From: an uncultured Candidatus Rokubacteria bacterium
Lineage (GTDB): Bacteria; Methylomirabilota; Methylomirabilia; Rokubacteriales; CSP1-6
NCBI GenBank assembly: GCA_963762145.1
Contig: CAVXJS010000019.1
Span: 96,001-160,000 of the forward strand
Length of the DNA: 64,000 nucleotides
Reading direction: 5' to 3'
The notes under the pieces are model-generated. The model was not told where the DNA came from. It made no database searches and saw nothing but the letters and a program-made list of their open reading frames with translations. Made by a program: the position numbers and the translations under genes. The number at the start of each line of letters is the position of its first letter. The first letter of the stretch is position 1. Positions 20,390-30,411 of the stretch are shown here, piece by piece.

Positions 20390-20423
20390 CGGACGCCCCC
20401 GACGCTACCGCCGGGGGCGTCCG
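20390..20423. terminator. GC-rich intergenic hairpin
   Basis: CGGACGCCCCC-N12-GGGGGCGTCCG perfect 11-bp stem just downstream of the NYN gene; no U-tract. Confidence 0.4.
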
Positions 20424-20434
20424 AGATCAAGCGC

Positions 20435-21724
20435 TCAGGCCGGGGCGGGCACCGGCTCCGGGGTGCCGCCGCCCCCGCCACCCCCGCCACCCCCGCGACC
20501 CCGTCCGCGCCCCCCGCGCCGGCGCCGGCGCCGGCGCGACCGGTGCGGGGCGTCGGGCGTTGCCGAGGAGGTCGTGTTGCCGGCGGCTTCGTTGCCCGGC
20601 GTCGCCTCGTCGTCCGGAGCCTCCTGGTCGATCTCGACGGGCTCGAGCTCGGCATCCGCCATCGGGCCCGTCTCGGCCGGTGTCGGCGCGGCGCCACCCG
20701 CGGCGTCCGCCAGTGTGATGCGACCGGTCTGGCTCACCACGAGCTGGCGAATCCGGCGGAGGCGGGTGATCAGCCGGGGCGAGCCCGGCGGCCGGCTGAA
20801 GCCGCGCTCCTTGAGCGCGCGGGCCAGCGTGTCGATGAGCACCGCGCCGTTGGGCGCATGGTCGGCCAGCTCCCGGACGACCTCCACCAGCTCGTCGTGG
20901 GGCGCGGTGTGCGCATCGGGCTCACCGTGACTGCGCGCCGGCTCGGCCGCGCGCGCCGACGGGGCCGGGCTCGGCGTGCTGCTCCGCGCCGGCATCGGCC
21001 CGCGCCCGCCCTGATCGAAGCGCCGGCCGCCGCGGCCGCCCCGGCGCCGCCCACGTCCGCCGCGCCGGCCGCCGCGACCCTCGCGGGGTGCCGGCGCCGC
21101 GGCCGCGGGCGCTTCCTCGGCGGATGCGGCCAGGCCGGCGGTGAGGTTGCGGTAGGACAGGCGGCGATACTCGACGCCGAGCACCGCGGCCACGTCGCCG
21201 ACCGCGTCGAAGGCGCGGTCGTCGGAGATGATCTCGATCAGGTCCCCGGGCCGCCCGCTGCCGAGCCACACGCCCGCGCTCACCGCGATGCGCAGATCGC
21301 TCCAGTCCCGCACGCCGGTGGAGGGCGCGCTGTGGACGAGCTGGGCGCCCCGCCGGGCCAGGAGCCGCGCGCTGTCGGCGCCGATGACGCGCCAGTTGCC
21401 CACCGCGATCAGGTCCACGCGGCGGTCGGCGCGGTCGATCGCGAGGTGGTCGAGGACGCGACCGATGTGATCGGCCCGGCTCGAGTTCTCCACGTCCACG
21501 AAGATCGCGCGCCGGCCGGTCGGCAGCGGCGCCGGCGCGGCGGCCGGCTTCACGCGGCCGGCGAAGACCCGCTCGGGCGTGGCGGTGCGTACCGCGAGCG
21601 CGGTCGTCTCGGGCTCCGGCGGATCGGCGGGAGGTGCGGCGACCCGGGTGCGGGTCGGCTTGGTCGGCTTCGGTTTGACGGGTTTTCGGGATCGACTGGG
21701 GATCGGTCGCTTTTTCTTTGCCAT
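20435..21724 (-). CDS. NYN (PIN-like) nuclease plus OST-HTH/LOTUS-like domain with RG-rich disordered regions
   Basis: IFVDVEN, SDLRIAV and IISDDRAF acidic motifs; winged-helix-like segment AVLIDTLARALKERGF; RGG tracts. Confidence 0.75.
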   Translation of the reverse strand: MAKKKRPIPSRSRKPVKPKPTKPTRTRVAAPPADPPEPETTALAVRTATPERVFAGRVKPAAAPAPLPTGRRAIFVDVENSSRADHIGRVLDHLAIDRADRRVDLIAVGNWRVIGADSARLLARRGAQLVHSAPSTGVRDWSDLRIAVSAGVWLGSGRPGDLIEIISDDRAFDAVGDVAAVLGVEYRRLSYRNLTAGLAASAEEAPAAAAPAPREGRGGRRGGRGRRRGGRGGRRFDQGGRGPMPARSSTPSPAPSARAAEPARSHGEPDAHTAPHDELVEVVRELADHAPNGAVLIDTLARALKERGFSRPPGSPRLITRLRRIRQLVVSQTGRITLADAAGGAAPTPAETGPMADAELEPVEIDQEAPDDEATPGNEAAGNTTSSATPDAPHRSRRRRRRRGGRGRGRGGGGGGGGGGTPEPVPAPA

Positions 21725-21784
21725 GGCTGACGAGCCTAGCACTTCCGCACGCGGAGCGGTCGGCCGAAATCCCTGCGGGACCCT

Positions 21785-23044
21785 CTACGCGAGCATCCGG
21801 GCCAGGACGGCACCCTCGACGGCGTCCATCCGGAGGCCCAAGACGCTCGCCACGGTCGGCGCCACGTCGCGGCTCCTGATCGCGCCCAGGGCCACGTCGC
21901 GCCGGACTCCCGCGCCGGCGGCCAGGAAGAAGGCCGCGTTGTCGCCGTAGAGCGGCCGCTGGCCGTGAGTGCCCAGGTACTTCGGCGTGCCGTGCTCCTC
22001 CGGACCCTCCGCGGTGTCGCCGTAGGAGTAGCCGGGCGCGGCCTCGAACATCACGTCGGCCACCTGAGCGTGCTCGTCGGGCGTGGGCAGGTCCAGGGCG
22101 CCGTACTCCGCGGCGGGCCACATGCCGCTCACGCCTTCCATGGCCGCGATCTCCCGGGCGAGCTGGTGCACCGCGGCGAGATCGCCGTCGAGCCGGTAGA
22201 GCGCGCCCGCGCCGTGATTCATCACGAAGCGCGCCTCGCGCTCCGCCCCCAGCGTGCGCAGCTTCACGTTGGGCCGGATCTCGCGATGCGACGGCAGGAA
22301 GCCGTGGTCGGACACCACGAACACGGTGGTCCGGTCGAGGCCCGGATCGCCGAGCGAGTCGAGGAAGCGGCCGATCAGGCCGTCCACGTACTCGAGGGCC
22401 CAGTAGGCCTCGGGCGATCGGGGCCCGTGGAGATGCTGCAGGCTGTCCACGCACAGGAAGTGCAGGAGGAGCAGCGCGGGCTCGTGACGGCGCGCGGCGT
22501 GGGCCGCCACCCGGCCGACCATCTCGTCCTTGAGGAAGCGCTTCGGCAGGAGCGCCCACTCGCCCTGCCGGTGCATCGGGTAGCCGAGCGCGGCCAGCTC
22601 CTCCCACACCGTCCGCGCGGTCTGCGTCTCGAACACGCGCTGGTCCTTGAAGAAGGGCAGGTTGAAGTCGAGCGTGGCGGCGTTGCGCGTGGCCGGCCAG
22701 TCCACCGCCGCGGTGCGCAGGCCCGCGGCGTGGGCCACGTCGTAGACCGTCGGCGCTCGGAGCAGCGCGGGCGCGTCGTAGATCGGATCGCCGGTGAGAT
22801 CCTCGGTCGCGCGCGTGCCGCGGTTCAGGATGTGGTTCGCCACCACGCCGTGGACGCGCGGGCTCACGCCGGTCACCATGCTGACGTGGGTGGGCCACGT
22901 GGTGCTGGGGAAGACCGTCTCCATGCCCGAGGCGCGGGCGCCGCGCTCGGCGAGGCGGCGCAGACGCGGCAGGCGCGCCTGCGGATCCGTCCAGTAGAAC
23001 GCCGCGAAGCCGTCGATGCTGATGACGACGACGCGGGGCTCCAC
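21785..23044 (-). CDS. Alkaline phosphatase superfamily, type I phosphodiesterase/nucleotide pyrophosphatase
   Basis: ISIDG, FPSTTWPTHVSMVTG, VSDHG and GTHG motifs. Confidence 0.88.
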   Translation of the reverse strand: MEPRVVVISIDGFAAFYWTDPQARLPRLRRLAERGARASGMETVFPSTTWPTHVSMVTGVSPRVHGVVANHILNRGTRATEDLTGDPIYDAPALLRAPTVYDVAHAAGLRTAAVDWPATRNAATLDFNLPFFKDQRVFETQTARTVWEELAALGYPMHRQGEWALLPKRFLKDEMVGRVAAHAARRHEPALLLLHFLCVDSLQHLHGPRSPEAYWALEYVDGLIGRFLDSLGDPGLDRTTVFVVSDHGFLPSHREIRPNVKLRTLGAEREARFVMNHGAGALYRLDGDLAAVHQLAREIAAMEGVSGMWPAAEYGALDLPTPDEHAQVADVMFEAAPGYSYGDTAEGPEEHGTPKYLGTHGQRPLYGDNAAFFLAAGAGVRRDVALGAIRSRDVAPTVASVLGLRMDAVEGAVLARMLA

Positions 23045-23053
23045 GGGCGCGAG

Positions 23054-24037
23054 CTAGGCCGAAGCCGCGGTGGCGGTGGCCCGGGCCCTCGCGCGGTACT
23101 TCTCGAGGTTGCCGCCCGACTTGAGCTTGCCGGGCAGGGGGTGGCCCACCACGCGCTCGGCGAGCTGTCCGGCCTCGATCATCGCGTCGAGATCGATGCC
23201 GGTGTGCACGCCCATCTCCTGGCAGAGGAAGACCATGTCCTCGGTGGTGACGTTGCCGGCCGCGCCCTTGTGGGCTGCGAACGGGCAGCCGCCCAGGCCC
23301 GCCACCGCGCTATCGAAGCGGTCGACGCCGATCTCGAGCGCGGCGACCACGTTGGCGATGGCGAGCGCGCGCGTGTCGTGCAGGTGCAGCTTCACCGGGA
23401 TCTCCGGCCAGCGCGTGCGGACCGCGCCGACGAGCCGCTTGATCTGCAGAGGGTTCGCCCAGCCCATCGTGTCGGCCAGGCTGACGTTGCCGAGCCGCGA
23501 GCCGCAGCCCACCGCCTGCTCCTCCACCTTCTCGATCACGTTGATCACCTGGGCGGGCGTCACGTCGCCTTCGTAGTTGCAGCCGAAGGCGGCCATCACT
23601 CCCACGTCGATCCAGTCCATGCCGAGCGCCTGGTAGCGCCGGGCCCAGCCCGGCAGCTCGGCGATCTTCTCGTCCACGCTGCGATTGGTGTTCTTGCGCG
23701 TGAAGGTGTCGGTGGCCGCCACCCCGAACATCGGCCGCAACGCGAGCGACTCGCGCAGGCGCGCGGCCCGCTCGAGCCCCGCCTCGTTGAGCCAGATCGC
23801 CTCGTAGGCGACGCCGGGCACGCGCTTGATGCCCGCCACCATCTGGTCGGCGTCGGCCATCTGGGGCACCCACTTGGGGCTCACGAAGGACGTGAACTCG
23901 ATGATGGAGACGCCGGTGTCGGACAGAGCGTCCACCAGGGAGATCTTCGCGGCGAGGCTGATGTCGCCCTTCTCGAACTGGAAGCCCTCGCGCGGGCCCA
24001 CTTCCTTGATCGTGACGTGGCTCGGCATGTCGCTCAT
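23054..24037 (-). CDS. Hydroxymethylglutaryl-CoA lyase family
   Basis: EVGPREGFQ, LHLHDT and GLGGCPF motifs. Confidence 0.9.
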   Translation of the reverse strand: MSDMPSHVTIKEVGPREGFQFEKGDISLAAKISLVDALSDTGVSIIEFTSFVSPKWVPQMADADQMVAGIKRVPGVAYEAIWLNEAGLERAARLRESLALRPMFGVAATDTFTRKNTNRSVDEKIAELPGWARRYQALGMDWIDVGVMAAFGCNYEGDVTPAQVINVIEKVEEQAVGCGSRLGNVSLADTMGWANPLQIKRLVGAVRTRWPEIPVKLHLHDTRALAIANVVAALEIGVDRFDSAVAGLGGCPFAAHKGAAGNVTTEDMVFLCQEMGVHTGIDLDAMIEAGQLAERVVGHPLPGKLKSGGNLEKYRARARATATAASA

Positions 24038-25230
24038 GCGATGACCCTCCGTGACGCAAGCGCGTCGATCTCGTCGGTCTCGAGGCCCAGCTCGCGGAGC
24101 ACTTCACGCGTGTGCTCGCCCAGCGTCGGCGCCGGGCGCTGGAGCCCCATGTCGAAGGCGGTGCTGTGCACCGGCAGCTTGGGCAGCTTCGCGGTCACGC
24201 CACCGGGGAGGGGGGTGTCCAGGAGCTGCCCCGTCGCCTGCAGGTGCGCGTCGTCCAGGAGCTGATCGGGGCGTCGCAGCGGCGCGAACGGCACCCGGCA
24301 GCGCTCGAGCCGCTCGGAGAGCTCCATGCTCGAGTAGCGGAGCATCTCCTCCGCGATGCGCGCGGGCAGCCAGGCGCGCGCGGCGACGCGCTTGGCGTTG
24401 TCATCCAGGCGCTCGTCCGCGCGGAGATCCTTGAGCCCGAACTCGTCGCAGAAGCGCTCCCAGTGGCCGTTGGACGTGATGCCGATGAAGACCTGCTCGC
24501 CGTCGGCCGCGGTGAAGAGCTGGTACACCCCCCAGCCCATGCGCGTGCCCTGGCGGATCTCCGGCATCGGCACCGACGGCTGGCCGGTGGCCGCGTGCTG
24601 GGCGAGCCACTGCCCGACCCAGAAGACGACGGTCTCGAAGAGGCCCGAGGTGATCTTCTGCCCGCGGCCGGTCTGCGCCCGCTGATGGAGCGCGGCCAGG
24701 ACCGCGATCACGCCGTAGGCCGCCGCGCCCACGTCCACGATCGAGGCGCCCGCGCGCAGGGGCTGGCCGCGCGGCCCGGTCATGAAGGCGAGCCCGGCCG
24801 ACATCTGCGCGAGCTCGTCCAGGAAGGGCCGCGCCTCCGAAGGGCCGGGGAGGAAGCCCTTGAGGGCCAGGTAGATGATGCCGGGATGCACGCGCGCGAG
24901 CACGTCGTAGCCCAGGCCCAGACCCTCGACGGCGCCGTAGGCGAAGTTGTCGATGACCACGTCCGCGCCCGCGACGAGGCGCAGGAAGAGGGCCCGGCCG
25001 TCGGCCGAGCCCTTGAGGTCGATCGCGATCGAGCGCTTGTTGCGGTTCAGGAAGTGGAAATTGGCCGCGGTGCCCGCCGGCATGCCCCGCGACTGGTCGC
25101 CCTCCCCGGGCCGCTCCACCTTGATCACGTCGGCGCCCAGATCGGCCAGCAGCAGGCCCGCCGAGGGGCCCGCGATGATGTGGCCGAGCTCGAGGACGCG
25201 CACGCCCTCGAGGGGAAGCGAGGTGGTCAT
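24034..25230 (-). CDS. CaiB/BaiF family III CoA transferase
   Basis: LADLGADVIKVE, NRNKRS and APTLGEHT motifs. Confidence 0.92.
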   Translation of the reverse strand: MTTSLPLEGVRVLELGHIIAGPSAGLLLADLGADVIKVERPGEGDQSRGMPAGTAANFHFLNRNKRSIAIDLKGSADGRALFLRLVAGADVVIDNFAYGAVEGLGLGYDVLARVHPGIIYLALKGFLPGPSEARPFLDELAQMSAGLAFMTGPRGQPLRAGASIVDVGAAAYGVIAVLAALHQRAQTGRGQKITSGLFETVVFWVGQWLAQHAATGQPSVPMPEIRQGTRMGWGVYQLFTAADGEQVFIGITSNGHWERFCDEFGLKDLRADERLDDNAKRVAARAWLPARIAEEMLRYSSMELSERLERCRVPFAPLRRPDQLLDDAHLQATGQLLDTPLPGGVTAKLPKLPVHSTAFDMGLQRPAPTLGEHTREVLRELGLETDEIDALASRRVIA

Positions 25231-25339
25231 GGCGCGGGTATTGTATCGTGCCCTTGGGCCCGCGCGCGGCCCCATACGTCCTGCCTCCCACGCCCGCCGA
25301 CGCTGGTAGACTCGCGGCCAGACCGTGAGGAGAAACCAA

Positions 25340-26338
25340 ATGGACGCCGGTGACTCGCCCGAGATCCCGCGACGCGCCTTCATGGCGGTCGTCGCGGGCA
25401 GCCTCCTCACCGCGCCGTTCGCGGCCGAGGCGCAGCGGCCGGACCGGATTCGGCGCCTCGGCATCGTCCTCTTCAGTCAGCAGGATCTGGCCGTCATCGG
25501 GCCGTGCCTCGAGGAGCTGAAGGCGCTCGGTTACGTGGACGGCAAGACCATCGCCATCGAGTATCGGGACGCGGAAGGACAGTATGGGCGACTTGCAGGA
25601 CTGGCCGCGGAGCTGGTCCGCCTTGGCCCGGACGTGATCTTTTCGTTCGGCGGCGAGCAGGCCCCTATTGTCAAGAGAGCGACGGCGTCGATTCCGATCG
25701 TCGTGGTCGTGAGCAACGATCCGGTTGCGAGCGGGCTCGTGGCGAGCCTCGCGCGGCCAGGCGGGAATGTCACCGGGGTCACGTATGTCCACGATGCGCT
25801 GGCCGGAAAGTCGATCGAGCTGCTCAAGCACGCGGCCCCCTGGGTATCGCGGGTTGCCATGTTATGGAATCCGGATCATACGGATCCCGAGTACCGCGAG
25901 ACGCAGCGCGCGGCAGGGGCGTTGCGAGTCCAGCTCCAATCGCTCGAGGTGCGGGCGGTGAGTGATTTCGAAGGCGCGTTCCAGGCCGCGATCCGCGAGC
26001 GGGCGGAAGCGCTCATCGTCGCGGGATCTCGCCTCTTGAATCTGAATCGGCGGCGGATTGGAGACTTCGCGGCAAACAATCGACTCATTCTCGTCGGCAC
26101 GCCGAGGTGGCTACTGGAGATCGGGGCCCTGCTGACCTACGGGCCCAATGCGGTCGAGCTGAACCGGCGCGCCGCCGGTTACGTCGACAAGATCCTCAAG
26201 GGTGCCAAGCCGGCCGACCTGCCGATGCTGCAGCCCGCCACCTTCGAGCTGGTGATCAACCGGAGAGCCGCCAAGAGCCTCGGCCTGACGGTCCCGCCAT
26301 CGCTCCTGCAGCGAGCGGATCAGGTGATCGAAGAGTGA
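25340..26338 (+). CDS. ABC transporter substrate-binding protein (ABC_sub_bind type)
   Basis: SLARPGGNVTG, YVDKILKGAKPADLP and FELVIN motifs. Confidence 0.88.
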   Translation: MDAGDSPEIPRRAFMAVVAGSLLTAPFAAEAQRPDRIRRLGIVLFSQQDLAVIGPCLEELKALGYVDGKTIAIEYRDAEGQYGRLAGLAAELVRLGPDVIFSFGGEQAPIVKRATASIPIVVVVSNDPVASGLVASLARPGGNVTGVTYVHDALAGKSIELLKHAAPWVSRVAMLWNPDHTDPEYRETQRAAGALRVQLQSLEVRAVSDFEGAFQAAIRERAEALIVAGSRLLNLNRRRIGDFAANNRLILVGTPRWLLEIGALLTYGPNAVELNRRAAGYVDKILKGAKPADLPMLQPATFELVINRRAAKSLGLTVPPSLLQRADQVIEE

Positions 26339-26426
26339 TGTGCGCGGGCCGGCGGGTTGCGCGGCCGGGAGCGCTCTGATACCGTCGGTCGCGCTGGCAG
26401 CAAGATCACGGGAGGGGAGCACCGCG

Positions 26427-26978
26427 ATGCCCATCGAAGCTCGGCGCTGGCTCTGGATCCTCCTGCTCACCGCGGCGAGCGTGTTCGTCACCCTCGGCAT
26501 GGCGTGCGCCACCCCCTTCGCCGCGCTCGCGACGCTGGCCGCGCTCCACATGAGCCGGCGCGACGGGCTCACCCTGATCGGGATCGCCTGGCTCGCCGAT
26601 CAGGCGGTCGGCTACGGCCTGCTCGGGTATCCGCGCACCGCGAACAGCCTCGCGTGGGGCGTCGTCCTGGGCGTCGGCGCGTTCGCGGCGCTGCTCGCCG
26701 CTCAGACGCTGGCCGATCGCGTGCGCGCCCGCGGGGCGGTGCTGGCCGGCGCGGCCGCGTTCGGGGGCGCGTTCGTGACGTACCAGGCGGTGCTCGTGGC
26801 CGCGACCCCGGTGCTGGCGAGCGGCGCCGAGGCGTTCTCGCTGCCGATCGTGGGCTGGGTGCTTCGCGTGAACCTGCTCTCGCTGGCGGGACTGCTCGTC
26901 CTCTACCGGCTCGCGGTCTGGATCGGGCTCGTGACGCGTGCGCCTCTCGGAGCGCGGGCGACCGTCACGGCAGGCTGA
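26427..26978 (+). CDS. Integral membrane hypothetical protein with CATPFAA motif
   Basis: About six hydrophobic segments; GGAGGGGAG RBS. Confidence 0.7.
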   Translation: MPIEARRWLWILLLTAASVFVTLGMACATPFAALATLAALHMSRRDGLTLIGIAWLADQAVGYGLLGYPRTANSLAWGVVLGVGAFAALLAAQTLADRVRARGAVLAGAAAFGGAFVTYQAVLVAATPVLASGAEAFSLPIVGWVLRVNLLSLAGLLVLYRLAVWIGLVTRAPLGARATVTAG

Positions 26979-26982
26979 TCCC

Positions 26983-27798
26983 GTGAGCGGCACCGGCAAG
27001 CTGGACCGGCCGGGCGGGTCGCTGCACTTCGAGGTCATCGACGCGACCCCGCCCTGGGCCGGCGACGCGCCGCTGATCGTCTTCCACCACGGCATCGGGG
27101 CCACCGCCGACATCTGGGCGGAGTGGCTCCCCGCCCTGCTCGACCGCTACCGCGTCGCCCGCTTCGACATGCTGGGCTTCGGCCGCTCCGGTGTGCCGGG
27201 GCCGGGCTTTCCCTGGTCGCTCGAGGAGCTGATGGCGGACGCGCTCGAGGTCGCCCGGGCTGCCGGGGCCGAGCGCTTTCACTTCGTCGGCGAGTCGGTG
27301 GGGGGGACCGTCGGCCTGCTGCTCGGGAGCCGGCGCCCCGATTCGCTGCTGAGCCTGACCGTGTCGAATGCCTCGCACCGCGGCGGCTCGATCCAGCGGG
27401 CGCGCGAGTGGCGGGAGTTCATCCGGGTCAGCGGCATGGCCAAGTGGGGCGAGATGATGACGCCGCTGCGCCTCGATCGCGATCGGACCCCGGAGGCGCA
27501 GTACCGCTGGTTCGAGCGCGCCCAGGCCCAGTGCGCAGCGGACGCCGTGCTCGATCTGGCCGACGTGCTCATCGGCAGCGATCTCTCGCCCGAGCTGGGC
27601 CGCATCCCCGTGCCGACGCTCCTGCTCGCCCCCGGCCGGAGCCCGTTCGTGCCGCTCCCGGTCATGGAGGAGATGCACGCGGGGATCGCAGGCTCGGAGC
27701 TCGTCGTCTTCCCCGACGCGCGCCACGGCCTGCCGTGCTCGCACGGGGTCGCGTGCGGGCGGGCCCTCCGCGCCTTCCTCGACCGCCGCGCCGCCTAG
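26983..27798 (+). CDS. Alpha/beta hydrolase
   Basis: HHGIG, DMLGFGRS, GESVGG and C-terminal H motifs. Confidence 0.85.
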   Translation: MSGTGKLDRPGGSLHFEVIDATPPWAGDAPLIVFHHGIGATADIWAEWLPALLDRYRVARFDMLGFGRSGVPGPGFPWSLEELMADALEVARAAGAERFHFVGESVGGTVGLLLGSRRPDSLLSLTVSNASHRGGSIQRAREWREFIRVSGMAKWGEMMTPLRLDRDRTPEAQYRWFERAQAQCAADAVLDLADVLIGSDLSPELGRIPVPTLLLAPGRSPFVPLPVMEEMHAGIAGSELVVFPDARHGLPCSHGVACGRALRAFLDRRAA

Positions 27799-27802
27799 CC
27801 CG

Positions 27803-28933
27803 ATGCCGGTCTCCCCGGCCGTCGCGGAGACGACGGACGCGCTCCTGGCCGCCCTGCTCGGTGCGCTCGACCGCGTCGAGTGGGCGCAGCGGCAGCTCTT
27901 CCCGCCGCGTGCGCTCGAGCTGGCCGATCGCCTGATGCCGCACGCCGAGCGCCTCGCCGGGCCCCTCTCTGCGCTCGAAGCGGCCGCCTGGCCCGACGAC
28001 CTGCGCCTGCTCCGCGAGCGGCTCGCCCAGGTCACGCGCCAGGCGATCGACCTGATCGGCGCCTTTACGGCTGCCGCCCGGACCGGCGAGCCCATCGAGC
28101 TCTACCGCGCCCTGCGCCGCTTCGCGCCGCTCCAGGAGGCACTCTACCCGCTCGCGCCGGTGCTGGATCCGGTGAGCCGGTGGTTCATCGAGCCGGGCCG
28201 TCGCGGCGACGACGTATTGCTCCGGCGGCTGCGCGACGCCGCGCTCCGCGAGGACGGCGCCCGCGTCGGCGTGCTCCACGCGCGCAACGACCACGGCAGC
28301 CGCGGCGGGCTCTCGCTCTACGTGCCCGAGACGTGGGAGGCGGACGGGCCGCCGGCGCCGCTCGTCGTGGCGCTGCACGGTGGCAGCGGCCACGGGCGCG
28401 ACTTTCTGTGGGCCTGGCTCCGCGAGGCGCGCACGCGCGGCGTGCTCCTGCTCTCCCCGACCGCGCTCGATCGCACGTGGTCCATCATGGGCGGGGAGGA
28501 CGTGGACGCGCCGCGCCTCCAGGCCGCCGTGAAGGACGTCGCGGCGCGCTACCACGTGGACCGGTCGCGCGTGCTGCTCACCGGCATGTCCGACGGCGCC
28601 ACCTATGCGCTGCTCTGCGGGCTCGCCGCGGGCATGCCGTTCACGCACCTGGCCCCGGCCTGTGGCGTGCTCCACCCGTTCCTGCTGGCACGCGGCGACA
28701 TCCAGCACGCGCGCGGCCGCCCGATCTACCTGGTCCACGGCGCGCTCGACTGGATGTTCCCGGTGCAGACCGCGCGCATGAGCCGGGACGCGCTCGAGAT
28801 GGCGGGGGCGCGGGTCGTCTACCGCGAGATCGAGGACCTCTCGCACACGTATCCGCGGGACGAGAACCCGCGGATCCTCGACTGGCTGCTGGGCCCGGTC
28901 AGCTCGTGGGAGTCGGCGCCGCGAAGCGGTTGA
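27803..28933 (+). CDS. Phospholipase/carboxylesterase with helical N-terminal extension
   Basis: ALHGGSG, TGMSDG, HGALD and LSH motifs. Confidence 0.82.
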   Translation: MPVSPAVAETTDALLAALLGALDRVEWAQRQLFPPRALELADRLMPHAERLAGPLSALEAAAWPDDLRLLRERLAQVTRQAIDLIGAFTAAARTGEPIELYRALRRFAPLQEALYPLAPVLDPVSRWFIEPGRRGDDVLLRRLRDAALREDGARVGVLHARNDHGSRGGLSLYVPETWEADGPPAPLVVALHGGSGHGRDFLWAWLREARTRGVLLLSPTALDRTWSIMGGEDVDAPRLQAAVKDVAARYHVDRSRVLLTGMSDGATYALLCGLAAGMPFTHLAPACGVLHPFLLARGDIQHARGRPIYLVHGALDWMFPVQTARMSRDALEMAGARVVYREIEDLSHTYPRDENPRILDWLLGPVSSWESAPRSG

Positions 28934-30401
28934 TGGGGAGCGGCGTGGTGACCGCGCCCCGGCACGCCGCGGCCACGTAGGGCGCCAGGCGCCCGGCCAG
29001 AGCCCAGGCGTCCGCGGCGCGCTCGCGGTGGCGGTCGGCCGCTTCCTGGGCGCGCGCGTAGATCTTGCTCTCGTCCACCGTGGTCACGCGGCCCTGCTCG
29101 AGCACCACGCGCCCGTCCACCAGGACCGTGTCCACGCTGGCTCCCGTCTCGGCATAGACCAGCGCCTTCACCGGGTCCGCGAGGGGACGGAGGAAGATCG
29201 AGTCGGTTCGCAGGAGCACGAGATCGGCCTTGCGGCCCGGCGCGAGCGCGCCCAGGTCTCCGGGCTGGCCCATGACGCGCGCGGTGCCCGAGGTGACCAG
29301 GCTCCAGACCGTATCGGCGTCCAGCCAGCGGGCGGTCTCGTGCGGGAACCGCACGGTGCTGATGATCGAGGCGATGCGGAGGGCCTCGAAGAGGTTCTGG
29401 TTGTCGGCGCAGGTCGAGCCGTCGGTCCCGAGGCCCACCGCCAGGCCCCGGTCGAGCATCTCGCGCACCGGCGCGATGCCCGCGCCCAGGCGGAGGTTGC
29501 TGCCGGGATTGTGGGCCACCGCGGCGCCCGCATCGGCCAGCATCCGCAGATCGGCGTCGTCCAGCCAGATGGAGTGCGCGCCCACGAAGCCGGGGCCGAG
29601 CACGCGGTGGTCGGCCAGCCGGGCCACGATGCTCTTGCCCCAGCGCCGCCGGCTCTCGACCACCTGGACCTTGGACTCGGCCAGATGGGTGTGGATGCCG
29701 ACCCCGTACTCCCGTGAGAGCGCGGCGCAGCCGTCGAGCAGCTCGTCCGTGGCCTGGTTCGGGATGGTGGGCGCGGCCGCCACCCGGATCCGCCCCTCGG
29801 CGCTGCCGTGCCAGCGGCGGATGGCCCGCTCGGTCAGGTCGAGCAGGCCCTTGGTGGGCGCGGGCCGGATATCCTCGACCGTCCGGCGCAGGTCCGGGGG
29901 CAGGAGGTCGCTCAGACCGGGGACGGTCTGGTAGAAGACGATGTCCGCGACCGCGGGGGCCAGCACCACGCGGACCCCGACGTCGGTGTAGGCCTGCACC
30001 ACCGCCGCGAAGGTCTCGTCGGTGATCGCGGGCACCGCGATGTAGAGATCGTAGGCCCCGGTGCAGCCCGTCTTGAGCATCTCGATGGCGCCGATGGCCG
30101 CCGAGAGGTACTCGTCGTCCGGCGTGCGAAATCCAGAGTTTGCGGGCGAGTAGGTCAGCAGGTCCTCGAGCGTGAAGCTGCCGACCCGTCCGCGGGCGAG
30201 ATGGCTGGCCGCGTGGGTGTGGGCATTGCCCATCCCGGGGAGCACGATGCGGTCGGCGGCCTCGATCACCCGGGCGCCGGGCGGAGCCGTCAGGCCCGGT
30301 CCCATGGCGGCGATACGGTCGCCCTCGATGAGCACGTCCGCCCGCTGGAGCCCCGCCGGTGATCCTGCCAGGACCTGACCGCCGCGAATCAGGGTCGTCA
30401 T
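28899..30401 (-). CDS. Metal-dependent amidohydrolase (AtzA/TRZ-like)
   Basis: NAHTH, HTHLAES, GLGTDG and GRKADLVL motifs. Confidence 0.9.
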   Translation of the reverse strand: MTTLIRGGQVLAGSPAGLQRADVLIEGDRIAAMGPGLTAPPGARVIEAADRIVLPGMGNAHTHAASHLARGRVGSFTLEDLLTYSPANSGFRTPDDEYLSAAIGAIEMLKTGCTGAYDLYIAVPAITDETFAAVVQAYTDVGVRVVLAPAVADIVFYQTVPGLSDLLPPDLRRTVEDIRPAPTKGLLDLTERAIRRWHGSAEGRIRVAAAPTIPNQATDELLDGCAALSREYGVGIHTHLAESKVQVVESRRRWGKSIVARLADHRVLGPGFVGAHSIWLDDADLRMLADAGAAVAHNPGSNLRLGAGIAPVREMLDRGLAVGLGTDGSTCADNQNLFEALRIASIISTVRFPHETARWLDADTVWSLVTSGTARVMGQPGDLGALAPGRKADLVLLRTDSIFLRPLADPVKALVYAETGASVDTVLVDGRVVLEQGRVTTVDESKIYARAQEAADRHRERAADAWALAGRLAPYVAAACRGAVTTPLPINRFAAPTPTS

Positions 30402-30411
30402 GGCCGCCTCC

